DNA of 64,000 bases, from contig CAYNEM010000006.1 in assembly GCA_964396265.1 (NCBI GenBank), positions 60,789-124,788 on the forward strand, given 5' to 3'. Positions 36,487 to 46,300 of the stretch are shown here, one piece after another. Made by a program: the position numbers and the translations under genes. Position 1 is the stretch's first letter; each line of letters starts with the position of its first letter. The DNA is from an uncultured Methanomassiliicoccales archaeon. GTDB taxonomy: Archaea; Thermoplasmatota; Thermoplasmata; RBG-16-68-12; EA-27. The notes beneath the pieces are model-generated. The model ran no database searches and had not been told where the DNA came from. It saw only the letters and a list, made by a program, of their open reading frames with translations.

Positions 36487-39156
36487 GTGGGTGTTGCCAT
36501 GAAATTCGCGCTGCTATTCGGCGTTGTAGCGATCCTCCTCCTGAGCGTGAACTCCGGCGCTGCGCCCCCGTCCTCTGTGCTCTCCGGTTGGTCGGTCCCC
36601 GTGAATCTCGGCCCTATGATCAACTCAGACAGGGTAGACGGGGGGCCCACACTCTCCGAAGACGGCCTCACTCTCTTCTTCGGATCACAACGTGCAGGCG
36701 GGGCTGGCCTAAACGACATATGGGTCTCTCAACGGGCTCGCCCGGCAGATTCGTGGGGGCCCCCCGCGAATGTCGGCGCCCCCGTCAACACGGCTTGGTT
36801 CGATCAGGCGCCTTCGCTGTCACGCGACGGACACTGGTTGTTCCTCAACAGCAATCGGACGGGGACTTTCGGGCGCAATGACTTGTGGGTCTCCCATCGC
36901 GATAACGTCACCGACAATTTCGGCTGGCAGACCCCGGTCAATCTCGGCCCTGGAGTCAACACGGCATTCATCGACCAAGGCGCGAGCTACTTCGAGAACC
37001 ACTCCGGCGTCCCGTTGCTCTACTTCGGCAGCAACCGGCCAGGAATGGGTGCCTCCGACATCTACGTGAGCGCCCAACTGCCCGACGGCTCGTTCGGCCC
37101 CGCGGAGCTCGTCGAAGAGCTGAGTTCCCCGTATCAGGACCAGCGGCCGGTCGTTCGCTTCGACGGACTCGAGATGTTCCTCTTTTCCGACCGACCCGGA
37201 ACGCTCGGGGATTACGACCTGTGGAGCTCCAGCCGCAGGTCGGTATCCGACCCTTGGACCACCCCGGTGAACCTCGGCGCACAAGTGAACAGCGATTCAC
37301 CCGATCAGCAGGGGTGGCTAGCCTCCGACCGCCGGACCCTCTACTTCTCGTCCTCCCGCCCCGGTGGGATCGGAGGGCTCGACCTCTACGTGACCACTCG
37401 GGCCAACCGGCAGCCCAACGCCGGAGGACTTGGTGTGGGGCTTGAAGGCAGCCCCACGACGTTCGATGCTTCCGACTCACGCGATTCCGATGGAGACCCG
37501 CTCCAGTTCCGTTGGGACTTCACCGCCGACGGGAGGTGGGACACGGGCTGGAACTCAAGCTCAACCGCCATGTACACGTTCGGCGACGACTGGACGGGGA
37601 CGGCCCAGGTCCAGGTAACCGACGGTGATCTCACGGACGTCGCGACGGTGGCGGTCGCCGTTCGCAACACTGTGCCGTCACCCTTCGTCAATGCGGCGAC
37701 CCAAGAGCACGATCACAACTTGCCGCGAGGTCACTTCTACCCCCTCGACCCGATCACGTTCGATAGCGCCGCGTTAGACCCGGGGAGCGACGACCTCTCG
37801 TTCGCATGGGAATTCGGGGACGGCACGAGCCTCGCAGGCGGCACGTACTTCAACGACGGCCTTGGGCCGGACCCCCCGAACTCCCCGGGCGGCACAACCC
37901 CGTTCGCCGCGGAAGATCCCGTGCAGCACGCGTACGACCTGCCGGGGGACTACGTCGTCCGCTTGACCGTCCGGGACGACGACGACGGGGAGGCGACCGC
38001 AGAGTTCCCGATTCACATCACCTCAGCAATGGACCTCAAGCAGGAGGCAATCCAGCGAATCAAGGCGCTCAAGGAGCAGGCGCTCGACCACGGGGATTCG
38101 CGGTTCGTCCGCCACCTCGACGACGCGGAGCGGTCCGTGTGGATGAGCCTCGGCCATGTGGAACCGTTCCGGCCGGGGGGGATCAACGCGGCGACGGCCG
38201 CAGACGTTTCCGTGACGCGGAGCCGCGGCAACCGCGTCGACCTCGTCCTCGGCGCCTCGTGGACGCCGCGACTGAGAGGCTACGGTTCTCTCCTGGTGGC
38301 CTGGGACAACGGCGACGTCACCACCGTGGACTTGCCCGACCGTTGGCCCTGGAGGTCACTTCGCTACCACGGGGACGTGTGGATCGATGCGTGGAACCAG
38401 GACGTTTCGATCCTCTCAAGCCAGAATCGGTGGACGGGACAAGTGACCCTGCGGGTTGCTGTGCGCGACGTCAGCCACGGGTTCACCCTCTCCCTCGACG
38501 CGGACCCGGTCGCGAGCCTCACGTTCGCGTACAACGTGCGCCCATGGTGGACCGACGGAGTCCATCTCGACCCGACACACGGGCACCGGGTGTTCGACTT
38601 CGAGCGGAAGGCGGTGGAGTGCCTCGTCACCTTCACGCAGGATAACGACGACGATGAAGACGAGGACGGGGAGCGTGGCGGCATTGGCGTCCTCGATGGG
38701 GACCACGACCGCGAGGAACGCGGCGGTTGCCGCGACCGGGACCACGACGATGACGACGAGGATGAGGGGGACGACGATCGTGGGGACGAGGACGAAGACG
38801 GGCACGACGAGGACGACGGGTCGGACGAAGGCGTCCGCACCGTCCACTGCCGCCTCACGTCGCGCCTCTGGACGGACGCGCAGCGCGCTATCCTGGACGC
38901 GGAGTGCGACGCGATCGCGAATCTGCTTGTAAAGGCAGACGAGATCCTTGCCCGCATCGCGCTGGAGGAGGCGAAGGAGACGCCCGTCCGAGAGCCGCGG
39001 AACCAGGGCAGGGTGGACCGCGACATCGGGAGGGCCGAGCGGGCCCTCGTCAGGGGGCGCGCCGCGTGGGACGACTCCGAGTACGGGGACGCGATCCGGC
39101 AGTTCAGGAAGGGGTGGGAGCATGCGCAGCGGGCGATGCGGCTCGCGATGCGTTAG
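36487..39156 (+). CDS. secreted TolB-like (PD40 beta-propeller) / PKD-domain protein with His/Asp-rich acidic region
   Basis: Signal peptide. PD40-like repeats (PVNLGPxxNSxxxDxxPsLSxDGxxLyFxSxR.G..G..DlWvS) five times. PKD-like units. A D/E/H-rich tract (..DNDDDEDEDGERGG..DHDREERGGCRDRDHDDDDEDEGDDDRGDEDEDGHDEDDGSDEG..). Confidence 0.75.
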   Translation: MGVAMKFALLFGVVAILLLSVNSGAAPPSSVLSGWSVPVNLGPMINSDRVDGGPTLSEDGLTLFFGSQRAGGAGLNDIWVSQRARPADSWGPPANVGAPVNTAWFDQAPSLSRDGHWLFLNSNRTGTFGRNDLWVSHRDNVTDNFGWQTPVNLGPGVNTAFIDQGASYFENHSGVPLLYFGSNRPGMGASDIYVSAQLPDGSFGPAELVEELSSPYQDQRPVVRFDGLEMFLFSDRPGTLGDYDLWSSSRRSVSDPWTTPVNLGAQVNSDSPDQQGWLASDRRTLYFSSSRPGGIGGLDLYVTTRANRQPNAGGLGVGLEGSPTTFDASDSRDSDGDPLQFRWDFTADGRWDTGWNSSSTAMYTFGDDWTGTAQVQVTDGDLTDVATVAVAVRNTVPSPFVNAATQEHDHNLPRGHFYPLDPITFDSAALDPGSDDLSFAWEFGDGTSLAGGTYFNDGLGPDPPNSPGGTTPFAAEDPVQHAYDLPGDYVVRLTVRDDDDGEATAEFPIHITSAMDLKQEAIQRIKALKEQALDHGDSRFVRHLDDAERSVWMSLGHVEPFRPGGINAATAADVSVTRSRGNRVDLVLGASWTPRLRGYGSLLVAWDNGDVTTVDLPDRWPWRSLRYHGDVWIDAWNQDVSILSSQNRWTGQVTLRVAVRDVSHGFTLSLDADPVASLTFAYNVRPWWTDGVHLDPTHGHRVFDFERKAVECLVTFTQDNDDDEDEDGERGGIGVLDGDHDREERGGCRDRDHDDDDEDEGDDDRGDEDEDGHDEDDGSDEGVRTVHCRLTSRLWTDAQRAILDAECDAIANLLVKADEILARIALEEAKETPVREPRNQGRVDRDIGRAERALVRGRAAWDDSEYGDAIRQFRKGWEHAQRAMRLAMR

Positions 39157-39429
39157 CTGCACACCTGCGCACCCGACCTCATTCCTCCAATTCAGCGGGC
39201 GACCGGGTCTCGCCTCGGCACTCGTCCTCACGCCCCGGTAGGACGGAGTCGTTGATTTGTACGGGATCGCTCGTGTGCGGAAGTAGTCCGTCACGCAGAC
39301 GCTCGGGCCAAGCAGGATTCTTTCGGGCGGCGATGCTGCTGCCGTTGTCGCACGGGGGCGCGGGGCTGGCGGCGATGATCTGATTCGGACTGTAGGTCCG
39401 TTCTCGCCCGTGATGACGGGCCAATCTTC

Positions 39430-39993
39430 TTGGGAACGAACGACAATTCCGGATCCATGTCCGGCGAAGGCCCCTTCCTCTGGCTCTCGAAGAGCGGACC
39501 GCCCGCGGGCTTCTGGCAGCTCCCGCCCGGCGGCATGTGCGTATGCGCGTTCCTTTTCGTGAAGAAGGATGGGAAGATCCTCCTCGGAAAGTACGCCGAT
39601 GACCCAATGCTGGAGGAGCTCACGGGACTCGATGCGAGGCGCCGCCAAGTGCACGGGAAGGGCCTCACGATTCCCGCCACGCACCTGAAGTTCGGGGAGG
39701 ATCCGCGGGACGCCGCCAAGCGCGTGGGAGACGACGTCCTCCTTCTCCCCGGCATGCGATACTCGGAGCCGCGCGTGGAAGTCGACACGTACCCGTCGCG
39801 CGACTTTCCGGGAAACATGCATTCGGACCTGTGGTTCCTCGTGGACGCGATGCCGCCAGAAGGGCTCCATCTCCGGGAGCCGCCCTGGTACGCCGAACTC
39901 GGATGGCACGATCCGACGACGGTTCCGCCGGAGGCGTACGCTCGGAGCCACGAGGATGTGGTCGCGCGATGGCAGCAGCCGCGGCGTGCCTGA
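39430..39993 (+). CDS. hypothetical protein, possibly degenerate NUDIX-fold
   Basis: 187 aa. ..GKILLGK.. followed by FGEDPRDAAKRVGDDVLLL, which resembles a decayed Nudix box. Weak call. Confidence 0.35.
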   Translation: MGTNDNSGSMSGEGPFLWLSKSGPPAGFWQLPPGGMCVCAFLFVKKDGKILLGKYADDPMLEELTGLDARRRQVHGKGLTIPATHLKFGEDPRDAAKRVGDDVLLLPGMRYSEPRVEVDTYPSRDFPGNMHSDLWFLVDAMPPEGLHLREPPWYAELGWHDPTTVPPEAYARSHEDVVARWQQPRRA

Positions 39994-40161
39994 GCGAGAG
40001 CGGACCTGTGCTTAGTTAGGGAGAATATTGGCGGCCACCCTCGGAGGGATCGCTATTCCCGGGTGGGACCTTCCAGACTCGATCCATGCGTCGCGACCGA
40101 GGCGAACGGTTAAACGCGCTCCATCAATGCCCCCGACTGTCCCAGGTGGGGAGGTGTCCAA

Positions 40162-41535
40162 ATGGGCGAACCAGTGATTGCGGAACTGAAAACCCAGGTC
40201 CGAGGCGAGGTGATCCTCCCCGGAGAGGAACGCTACGACGAAGCGCGAAAGGTCTACAACGCGCTGATCGACAAGCGGCCTTCCGTCATCGTCCGGTGCA
40301 CGGGCGTCGCGGACGTCATCGCGGCCGTGAAGGCGGCCCGCGCGTTGGGAGTCAGCGTCGCCGTCCGCGGAGGCGGCCACAGCGTCCCGGGCTTCGGGAC
40401 CGCGGACGACGCCCTCGTCGTGGACCTGGGTCGAATGAGGGGCATCCGCGTGAACCCCGCTACGAAGACGGTGTCGGCTGAGGGCGGATGCACGTGGGGC
40501 GACTTCAACCACGCGACAGCCGCCTTCGGGTTGGCGACCACGGGCGGCATCATCTCGACGACGGGGATCGCGGGACTCACGCTCGGCGGCGGGATCGGCT
40601 ATCTGACCCGCGGGCTCGGACTGTCGCTCGACAACCTCGTGTCCGCGGACGTCGTGCTCGCGGACGGATCGTTCGTGAACGCGAGCGAGAAGAAGCACGC
40701 GGATCTGTTCTGGGCGCTTCGCGGCGGCGGAGGGAACTTCGGCGTGGTCACGAACTTCGAGTTCCGCCTGCACCCCGTCTCCAAGGTCGTCTGGGGGCCG
40801 ATGTTCTTCGAGGTCGAGGACGCACCCGAGGTCATGAGCGCTTATGACACGTACATCACGAAGGCGCCCCGGCAGCTTGGAGCGTTCTTCGCGTGGCAGA
40901 TCGCCCCGCCCCTGCCGTTCATCCCCAAGGACCGCCACGGCGACACGTTCTGCGCCCTCGTCGCGTGCTGGACCGGCGCGCCGGAGAAAGCGAAGAAGGC
41001 GATCGCGCCGCTGCGCGACGCGGCGCCCGTCGTCGCGGAGTCCGTCGGACCGATGCCGTACCCCGCGATCAACAGTGCATTCGACGGGCTCGTCCCGCCC
41101 GGGATGCAGCACTACTGGAAGGCCGTCTTCGCGAAGGGGCTCCCGGACAAGGCGATCGCGGTCCACGCGAAGCACGGGCCGAAGATCCCCGTCGTGAACT
41201 CCACCATGCACATCTATCCGATCAACGGGGCCGTCCACGATGTCGCGCCGGGCGCGACCGCGTTCGGGCACCGCGACGCGAAGTACGCGACGGTGATCGC
41301 CGGCATGTGGCCCGACCCGGCACAGAACGAGGCGAACACGCGGTGGGTGAAGGAGTACTACCGCGACCTCGCGCCGCACGCGGAGGAGGGCGGGTACATC
41401 AACTTCGCCGCCGCCGACGACGCGAACCGCGTCCAGGCGAACTTCGGGCGAGGCTACGCGCGGCTGCGAAAGGTGAAGTCGAAGTACGACGCGAAGAACG
41501 CGTTCCGCCACAACCAGAACATCATGCCCGCCTGA
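40162..41535 (+). CDS. FAD-linked oxidoreductase (PCMH-type FAD-binding, BBE/VAO family)
   Basis: FAD-binding domain (..VAVRGGGHSVPGFG..), GGGxGxxxN (ALRGGGGNFGVVTNFEF), and a BBE-like C-terminus (..YINFAAADDANRVQANFGRGYARLRKVKSKYDAKNAFRHNQNI). Confidence 0.85.
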   Translation: MGEPVIAELKTQVRGEVILPGEERYDEARKVYNALIDKRPSVIVRCTGVADVIAAVKAARALGVSVAVRGGGHSVPGFGTADDALVVDLGRMRGIRVNPATKTVSAEGGCTWGDFNHATAAFGLATTGGIISTTGIAGLTLGGGIGYLTRGLGLSLDNLVSADVVLADGSFVNASEKKHADLFWALRGGGGNFGVVTNFEFRLHPVSKVVWGPMFFEVEDAPEVMSAYDTYITKAPRQLGAFFAWQIAPPLPFIPKDRHGDTFCALVACWTGAPEKAKKAIAPLRDAAPVVAESVGPMPYPAINSAFDGLVPPGMQHYWKAVFAKGLPDKAIAVHAKHGPKIPVVNSTMHIYPINGAVHDVAPGATAFGHRDAKYATVIAGMWPDPAQNEANTRWVKEYYRDLAPHAEEGGYINFAAADDANRVQANFGRGYARLRKVKSKYDAKNAFRHNQNIMPA

Positions 41536-41633
41536 TGCTTGTTGCGCGTCTCGAATGACACGGCATTCTGCCGGTCGCCGACCTGAAGGTGGTTTGGCGG
41601 TGAGCAGTAGCTCCCCCAAGGATATGAGAACGG

Positions 41634-42014
41634 TCACCAGCCTTTCGGGGGGCGACCGATCTTCTCCCGAACTCGAACCGCCTCTTGAACGAGCGCGCGC
41701 AACGCGGGACTCCTCGCTTCGTGCATGCGACGGACCTTCACGTGCTTCAGCCGCTTGCCCGTGCCCTCCAGAAGTTTCTTCGGGTCGTCGAGATCGACAC
41801 CGTCGTAGAACCCGAGGTTCACGTGGTCCGCCGCGGGCATGATGTAGACCACCGTGTGATTCTCCTTCGTGTAGGACGGCATCCCGTACTTCATCTGCTC
41901 CGCGAGGTTTGGCGCGATCTTTCTAACCAGCTTGCGAAGCTCCCTGACGAGGGGCTTGAAATCATCTGGCGTGTTCGCGAAAAACGCGTCGAAGTCGTTC
42001 GGCCGCTTCGGCAC
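41634..42014 (-). CDS. DUF1801 (YdhG-like) domain protein
   Basis: 126 aa. ..FKPLVRELRKLVRKIAPNLAEQMKYGMPSY..HVNLGFY.. matches DUF1801. Its start is 1 nt after the hmgA stop. Confidence 0.6.
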   Translation of the reverse strand: MPKRPNDFDAFFANTPDDFKPLVRELRKLVRKIAPNLAEQMKYGMPSYTKENHTVVYIMPAADHVNLGFYDGVDLDDPKKLLEGTGKRLKHVKVRRMHEARSPALRALVQEAVRVREKIGRPPKGW

Positions 42015-42015
42015 G

Positions 42016-43287
42016 TCACTTCCTCCGCAGTTCGTCGAGGACTTCCTTTGCGCGGTCCATGCGGACCTTCCGCTCTTTCACGAGGACCTCGGCGACCCGG
42101 TCGATCTCGTCGCCCGTTGCTCCGACCGTGGCGGCGATGTTCCGCGCGTGAAGTCCCATGTGCCCACGCTGGATGCCTTCCGTCGCAAGAGCGCGCAGAG
42201 CGGCGAAGTTCTGTGCGAGGCCGACGGAGGCGATGATCTCCGCGAGCTCCTGCGCGGACTTCACCCCGAGCAGTTTCACGTTCGCCTTGGCGGTGGGATG
42301 CACGGCCGTCGCGCCGCCAACGAGGCCCACCGCCATCGGGAGCTCAATCGTCCCGACGAGATCCCCATCCGCGTTCTTCTCCCACTTCGTGAGCGAGTGG
42401 TACCCGGGTCCGTGCGCCCACGCCGCGTACGAGTGCGCGCCCGCCTCGATCGCGCGGAAGTCGTTGCCGGTGGCGATCACGACCGCGTCGATGCCATTCA
42501 TGATCCCCTTGTTGTGGGTCGCGCATCGGAAAGGGTCGGCCTCGGCGAACGCATAGGCCTCGAGGATTCCCTCGATGACCTCACCACCTCCGATCGCCTC
42601 CTGCGAGAATACCGCCCGGGCCCGCGCGAGCCGCTTCACCGCCAGATTGGAGATGATCCGCAGGTACACGCGGCCGCCGGTGATCTCCTCGAGGTACGGG
42701 GCGACGGCCTCCGCCATCGTGTTCACCGCGTTCGCGCCCATCGCGTCCCGGCAGTCCACGAGGAGGTGGACGATGAGCATGGGGCCGCGGATCGTGGAGA
42801 GGACGCGGGCCTCGACGTCCTTCGCGCCGCCGCCGAACTTCACGAGGACGGGGTCCTTCTCGTTGCACATCTCCAGGATGCGGTCGCGGTGATGGAGGAC
42901 GGTCATCTTCGCCCCGTGCGGGTCCGGCACGTCGACGATCTGGACCTGGCCGATCATCACGGGTCCCGTCGTGCTGGCGGTGAACCCGCCCTTCGCGCGC
43001 GCCATCTTGGCCGCGTTGCTCGCGGCCGCGACGACGGAGGGCTCCTCGATCGCCATCGGCACGAGGTAGTCCCTCCCGTTGATCTGGAAGTTCACCGCGA
43101 TGCCCAGGGGCATGGAGAAGGTGCCGACGACGTTCTCGATCATCCGGTTCGCGAGGTCGAGCGGGAGCGCGCCGCCCTGGGAGATGGCGCTCGCCTCTGC
43201 GTCCGAGAACCCGCCAACGTCGCGAACGATCCTCAGACGCTCCTCAAGGCTGAGCTTGTAGAAGCCCGAGACTTCCGAGCTCTTCAT
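42016..43287 (-). CDS. hmgA: HMG-CoA reductase, class II-type
   Basis: 423 aa from ATG 43287. ..VDCRDAMGANAVNTMAE.., ENVVGTFSMPLG and GTVGG-like motifs match class II (P. mevalonii/Thermoplasma-type) HMGR. The ORF-track N-extension is R-rich junk. Confidence 0.88.
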   Translation of the reverse strand: MKSSEVSGFYKLSLEERLRIVRDVGGFSDAEASAISQGGALPLDLANRMIENVVGTFSMPLGIAVNFQINGRDYLVPMAIEEPSVVAAASNAAKMARAKGGFTASTTGPVMIGQVQIVDVPDPHGAKMTVLHHRDRILEMCNEKDPVLVKFGGGAKDVEARVLSTIRGPMLIVHLLVDCRDAMGANAVNTMAEAVAPYLEEITGGRVYLRIISNLAVKRLARARAVFSQEAIGGGEVIEGILEAYAFAEADPFRCATHNKGIMNGIDAVVIATGNDFRAIEAGAHSYAAWAHGPGYHSLTKWEKNADGDLVGTIELPMAVGLVGGATAVHPTAKANVKLLGVKSAQELAEIIASVGLAQNFAALRALATEGIQRGHMGLHARNIAATVGATGDEIDRVAEVLVKERKVRMDRAKEVLDELRRK

Positions 43288-43318
43288 GGGCCGACCCGCC
43301 GCGCGATGGCCGTGCGGG

Positions 43319-46300
43319 TTAAAGGCTTTCCTCGTTCGTGTCCTCGGCTTTCTCGGCGTCGCGCATCTTGCGGAGGTTCTGCTCGTATGCTTCCTTGGAG
43401 ATGCGTCCCTCCTTGTAGGCCGTGCGCAACCGCGTGACGCGGTCGACATCGCGCATCGCTTCCGGTGGTGCCTCGGCCGCCCCGGTCGGTTCCGCGTTCT
43501 CCCCTTCGGGAGTTCCCACGTCCTCGATCGGTTCTTTCTGCTTGCGCGTCGGCAGGCCCGGGACGCGGATCCCGTACCGCGGGAGGACGAACCCGAGCAG
43601 CACCCCGAGGAAGATGCCGACCACCGCCAAGCCCGCAGGCAGCAGGAGCGCGGACGTGCCCGCCGGCGCGACCACGACGATCGTGAACCGCTGCTCGTCG
43701 ACGTTGCCGACCGCGTCCCGTGCGACGACGACCACGGTGTTCGTGCCGTAGCCCAGGGTCACGTTCGTCTCGAACGCGCCGCCCGGCGCGGCCACGTTGA
43801 TCCCGTTCACGGTCACGAAGGCCCCGGGCTCCGTCGTCCCCGCGATGCGCACGATGCGCGACTCCGTCCGCGCGGGCGGCAACGGGGCGAACGTCATCGT
43901 GGGGTCGGAGGTATCCCGCACGGCGGACGTCGTGGCGGTCACCTGGTTGCCCGCGGGATCGCGGACGATCGCGGTGATCGTGTTCGTGCCCTCGACGCCA
44001 AGCGTGACGACCTCTCGGAACGAGCCATCTGCGCCGACGGTGGCGGCGTTGCCGTTGATCTCCACGACGAGCGTCCTCGGATCTGCGGGCTCCACGCCGG
44101 AGAGCGCGTCCCGGACGAGGCCCGTCACGAAGACTTGCGTCTCCCCCGTCGCGAAGACCTCGGTGGTGAACCGCGGGATCTCCGGCGCCACGAGGTCGCG
44201 GACGATCGAGATCACGTGGCTCGTCGGGTTGCCGGGGATCCGGTTGCCGGCGCCGTCCTGGTCGAACCAGTCCGTGGAGCTCACTATCACGGAGTTCGTC
44301 CCGTTCTCGAGCGCGACCGTCTCGGAGAACGCCCCCGTGGCGTCCGTTTGCGTCCAGTTCCCGCGGACGCGGTACGACGCAAACGGCTCCGTCGCGCCGA
44401 CGACCGCGTGCGTGTCGAGCGTCGTGTACACGAGGTCGGGGGTCGAGAAGGTGAGGATTGGTACGGTATCGTCGACCACGAAGGTGAACGTCGCGTTCGC
44501 GAGGTTCCCGGCACGGTCTCCGACCCAGGCGTCGACGGTGTGCGTGCCCTCCGACAGGACCGCCGAGGGCGAGTACGTGGCCGTCCCCTCCCAGAGGGCG
44601 AACCGGTTCGCACGCGTCGTGTACAGGATGCTGACAATCGTCCGCGAGGACACGTCGACGCCGTCCAGGAGGAACTGCACGGAGTCGCGATCCAGCTGCC
44701 CGAGGTCCGGGTCCTCGAGGCTCACGATGAGGTACGGCGCCCGGTCGTCTGTCGTCCGGTTGTCCGCGCGGTTGAGGTTGCCGCCGAGCGCGGCGACCTG
44801 GAAGCTCACGATGCTGGGAGCGGCGCGGTCCAGGGTGACGGACACGGGGATCACGACGACGCCCGGCGCGGTCGGCAGGCCGAGGAGCACCGCCCCGCCA
44901 TATGGTGCGTCGACCGTGTCGTTCGGGAAGTCCCAGGTCACGCTGAGCGTCACGGACGCGTACGCCGCCAGCCCGGACTCCGTGCCGTTCACGATCTCTG
45001 CGGGCCTCGGCGCCTCCGGGACCTGGTACCCCGTCCCGGTGTCGAGCGTGACCGCGACGTCCATGTCGAAGTGCCCGATGCCGCCGGGGACCGTGAACCC
45101 GAGGACCTTGACGATGTACTGCCCGTCCGCAGGGGCCACCCATGTCACGCGCTCTTCCGCGTCGCCGTCCGCATTATAGTTCCACAGGCTGCCGCCCTGG
45201 CACAGGCCGGGCGCGACGGGCTGGCAGTCGATCACGAGGTACTCCTCCGGGTCGATGATGCCGTTCGCGTTCCCGTCGCGGAACACCGCCATGTCCAGGT
45301 CCTCGACATCGGACTGGCCGGCGATGTGGACCTCGAGGATGAGCGCCTTCTCCACCGTGAAGATGTAGGAGAAGGAAGCCCGGAACATCCACTCGCCCCA
45401 ACCGGGGAAGTTCCACCAGGTCTGCACGTCCTGCGGGATCTCCAGGTCCGCGAAGGCGGTCGTCGTCGCGGGGCCGACGGCGGACGCGCGGAGCGCGGGG
45501 AAGTTCATGTTCGAGAGGAAGGGGAAGGTCTCGCGGCCGACGAGGGCCCGCGTCACGACGTCGAGGCTCGTGGGCGCGGACACCCAGCCCGCTTGGCCGA
45601 CCGTGAGGGTCGCGTTCGCCTCGAGCCCGCGGAGGGCGAACGCGCGGACCGCGATCACGTTGAGGCCGGGGCTCAGGTCGTACGCGACGACCTCCTCGCC
45701 GCCGCCCGTCAGGGTGCGGAACTCCGGCTTGTCGAGCTCCTCGCTCTTCGCGACCTGGCGCAGGGGGAATGGGCCGTACGTCGTGGCGCTGCCCTGCGTG
45801 GCGGCGTCGCCGCTCGCGCGGTTGAACGCGAAGGTGTCGACGTCGCTCGGGGCGTCCTGCCACGCGGTGCGCACGATGACGCGGAGTCCCGCGGGCGCCG
45901 CGAAGAGGCCCTGGTCCGGGATCTCGAAGAAGAAGAACCGCCAGTCGCCCATGTGCGGATTGCGAAGCCGCGTCCCGCTCGCGAGCGTCTTGTCGTAGCC
46001 GCCGAAGACGCGGTGGTTGTCGTACAGCGCGGTGCTGGCCAGGTCGCCGCCGAACGTGAGGGACGGCGCGCGGGACCCGACGTTCGCGAGCACGGGGATG
46101 GTCGTCGTCACGCCGTTCGTAGTGTCGCGCACGAGGATGGCGCCCTCGTACGAGCCGAGCGCCGCGGTCGGGGGCACGGTCATCGTGGCGGTGATCACCT
46201 GGGAGCTATTGCCGAGGACGTTGGCGGTGCCCTGAGAGAGGGAGACCCACGCCCACGGCGCGCGGTCGAAGAACTCGATCACGAACGTCCAGGCAAGGCC

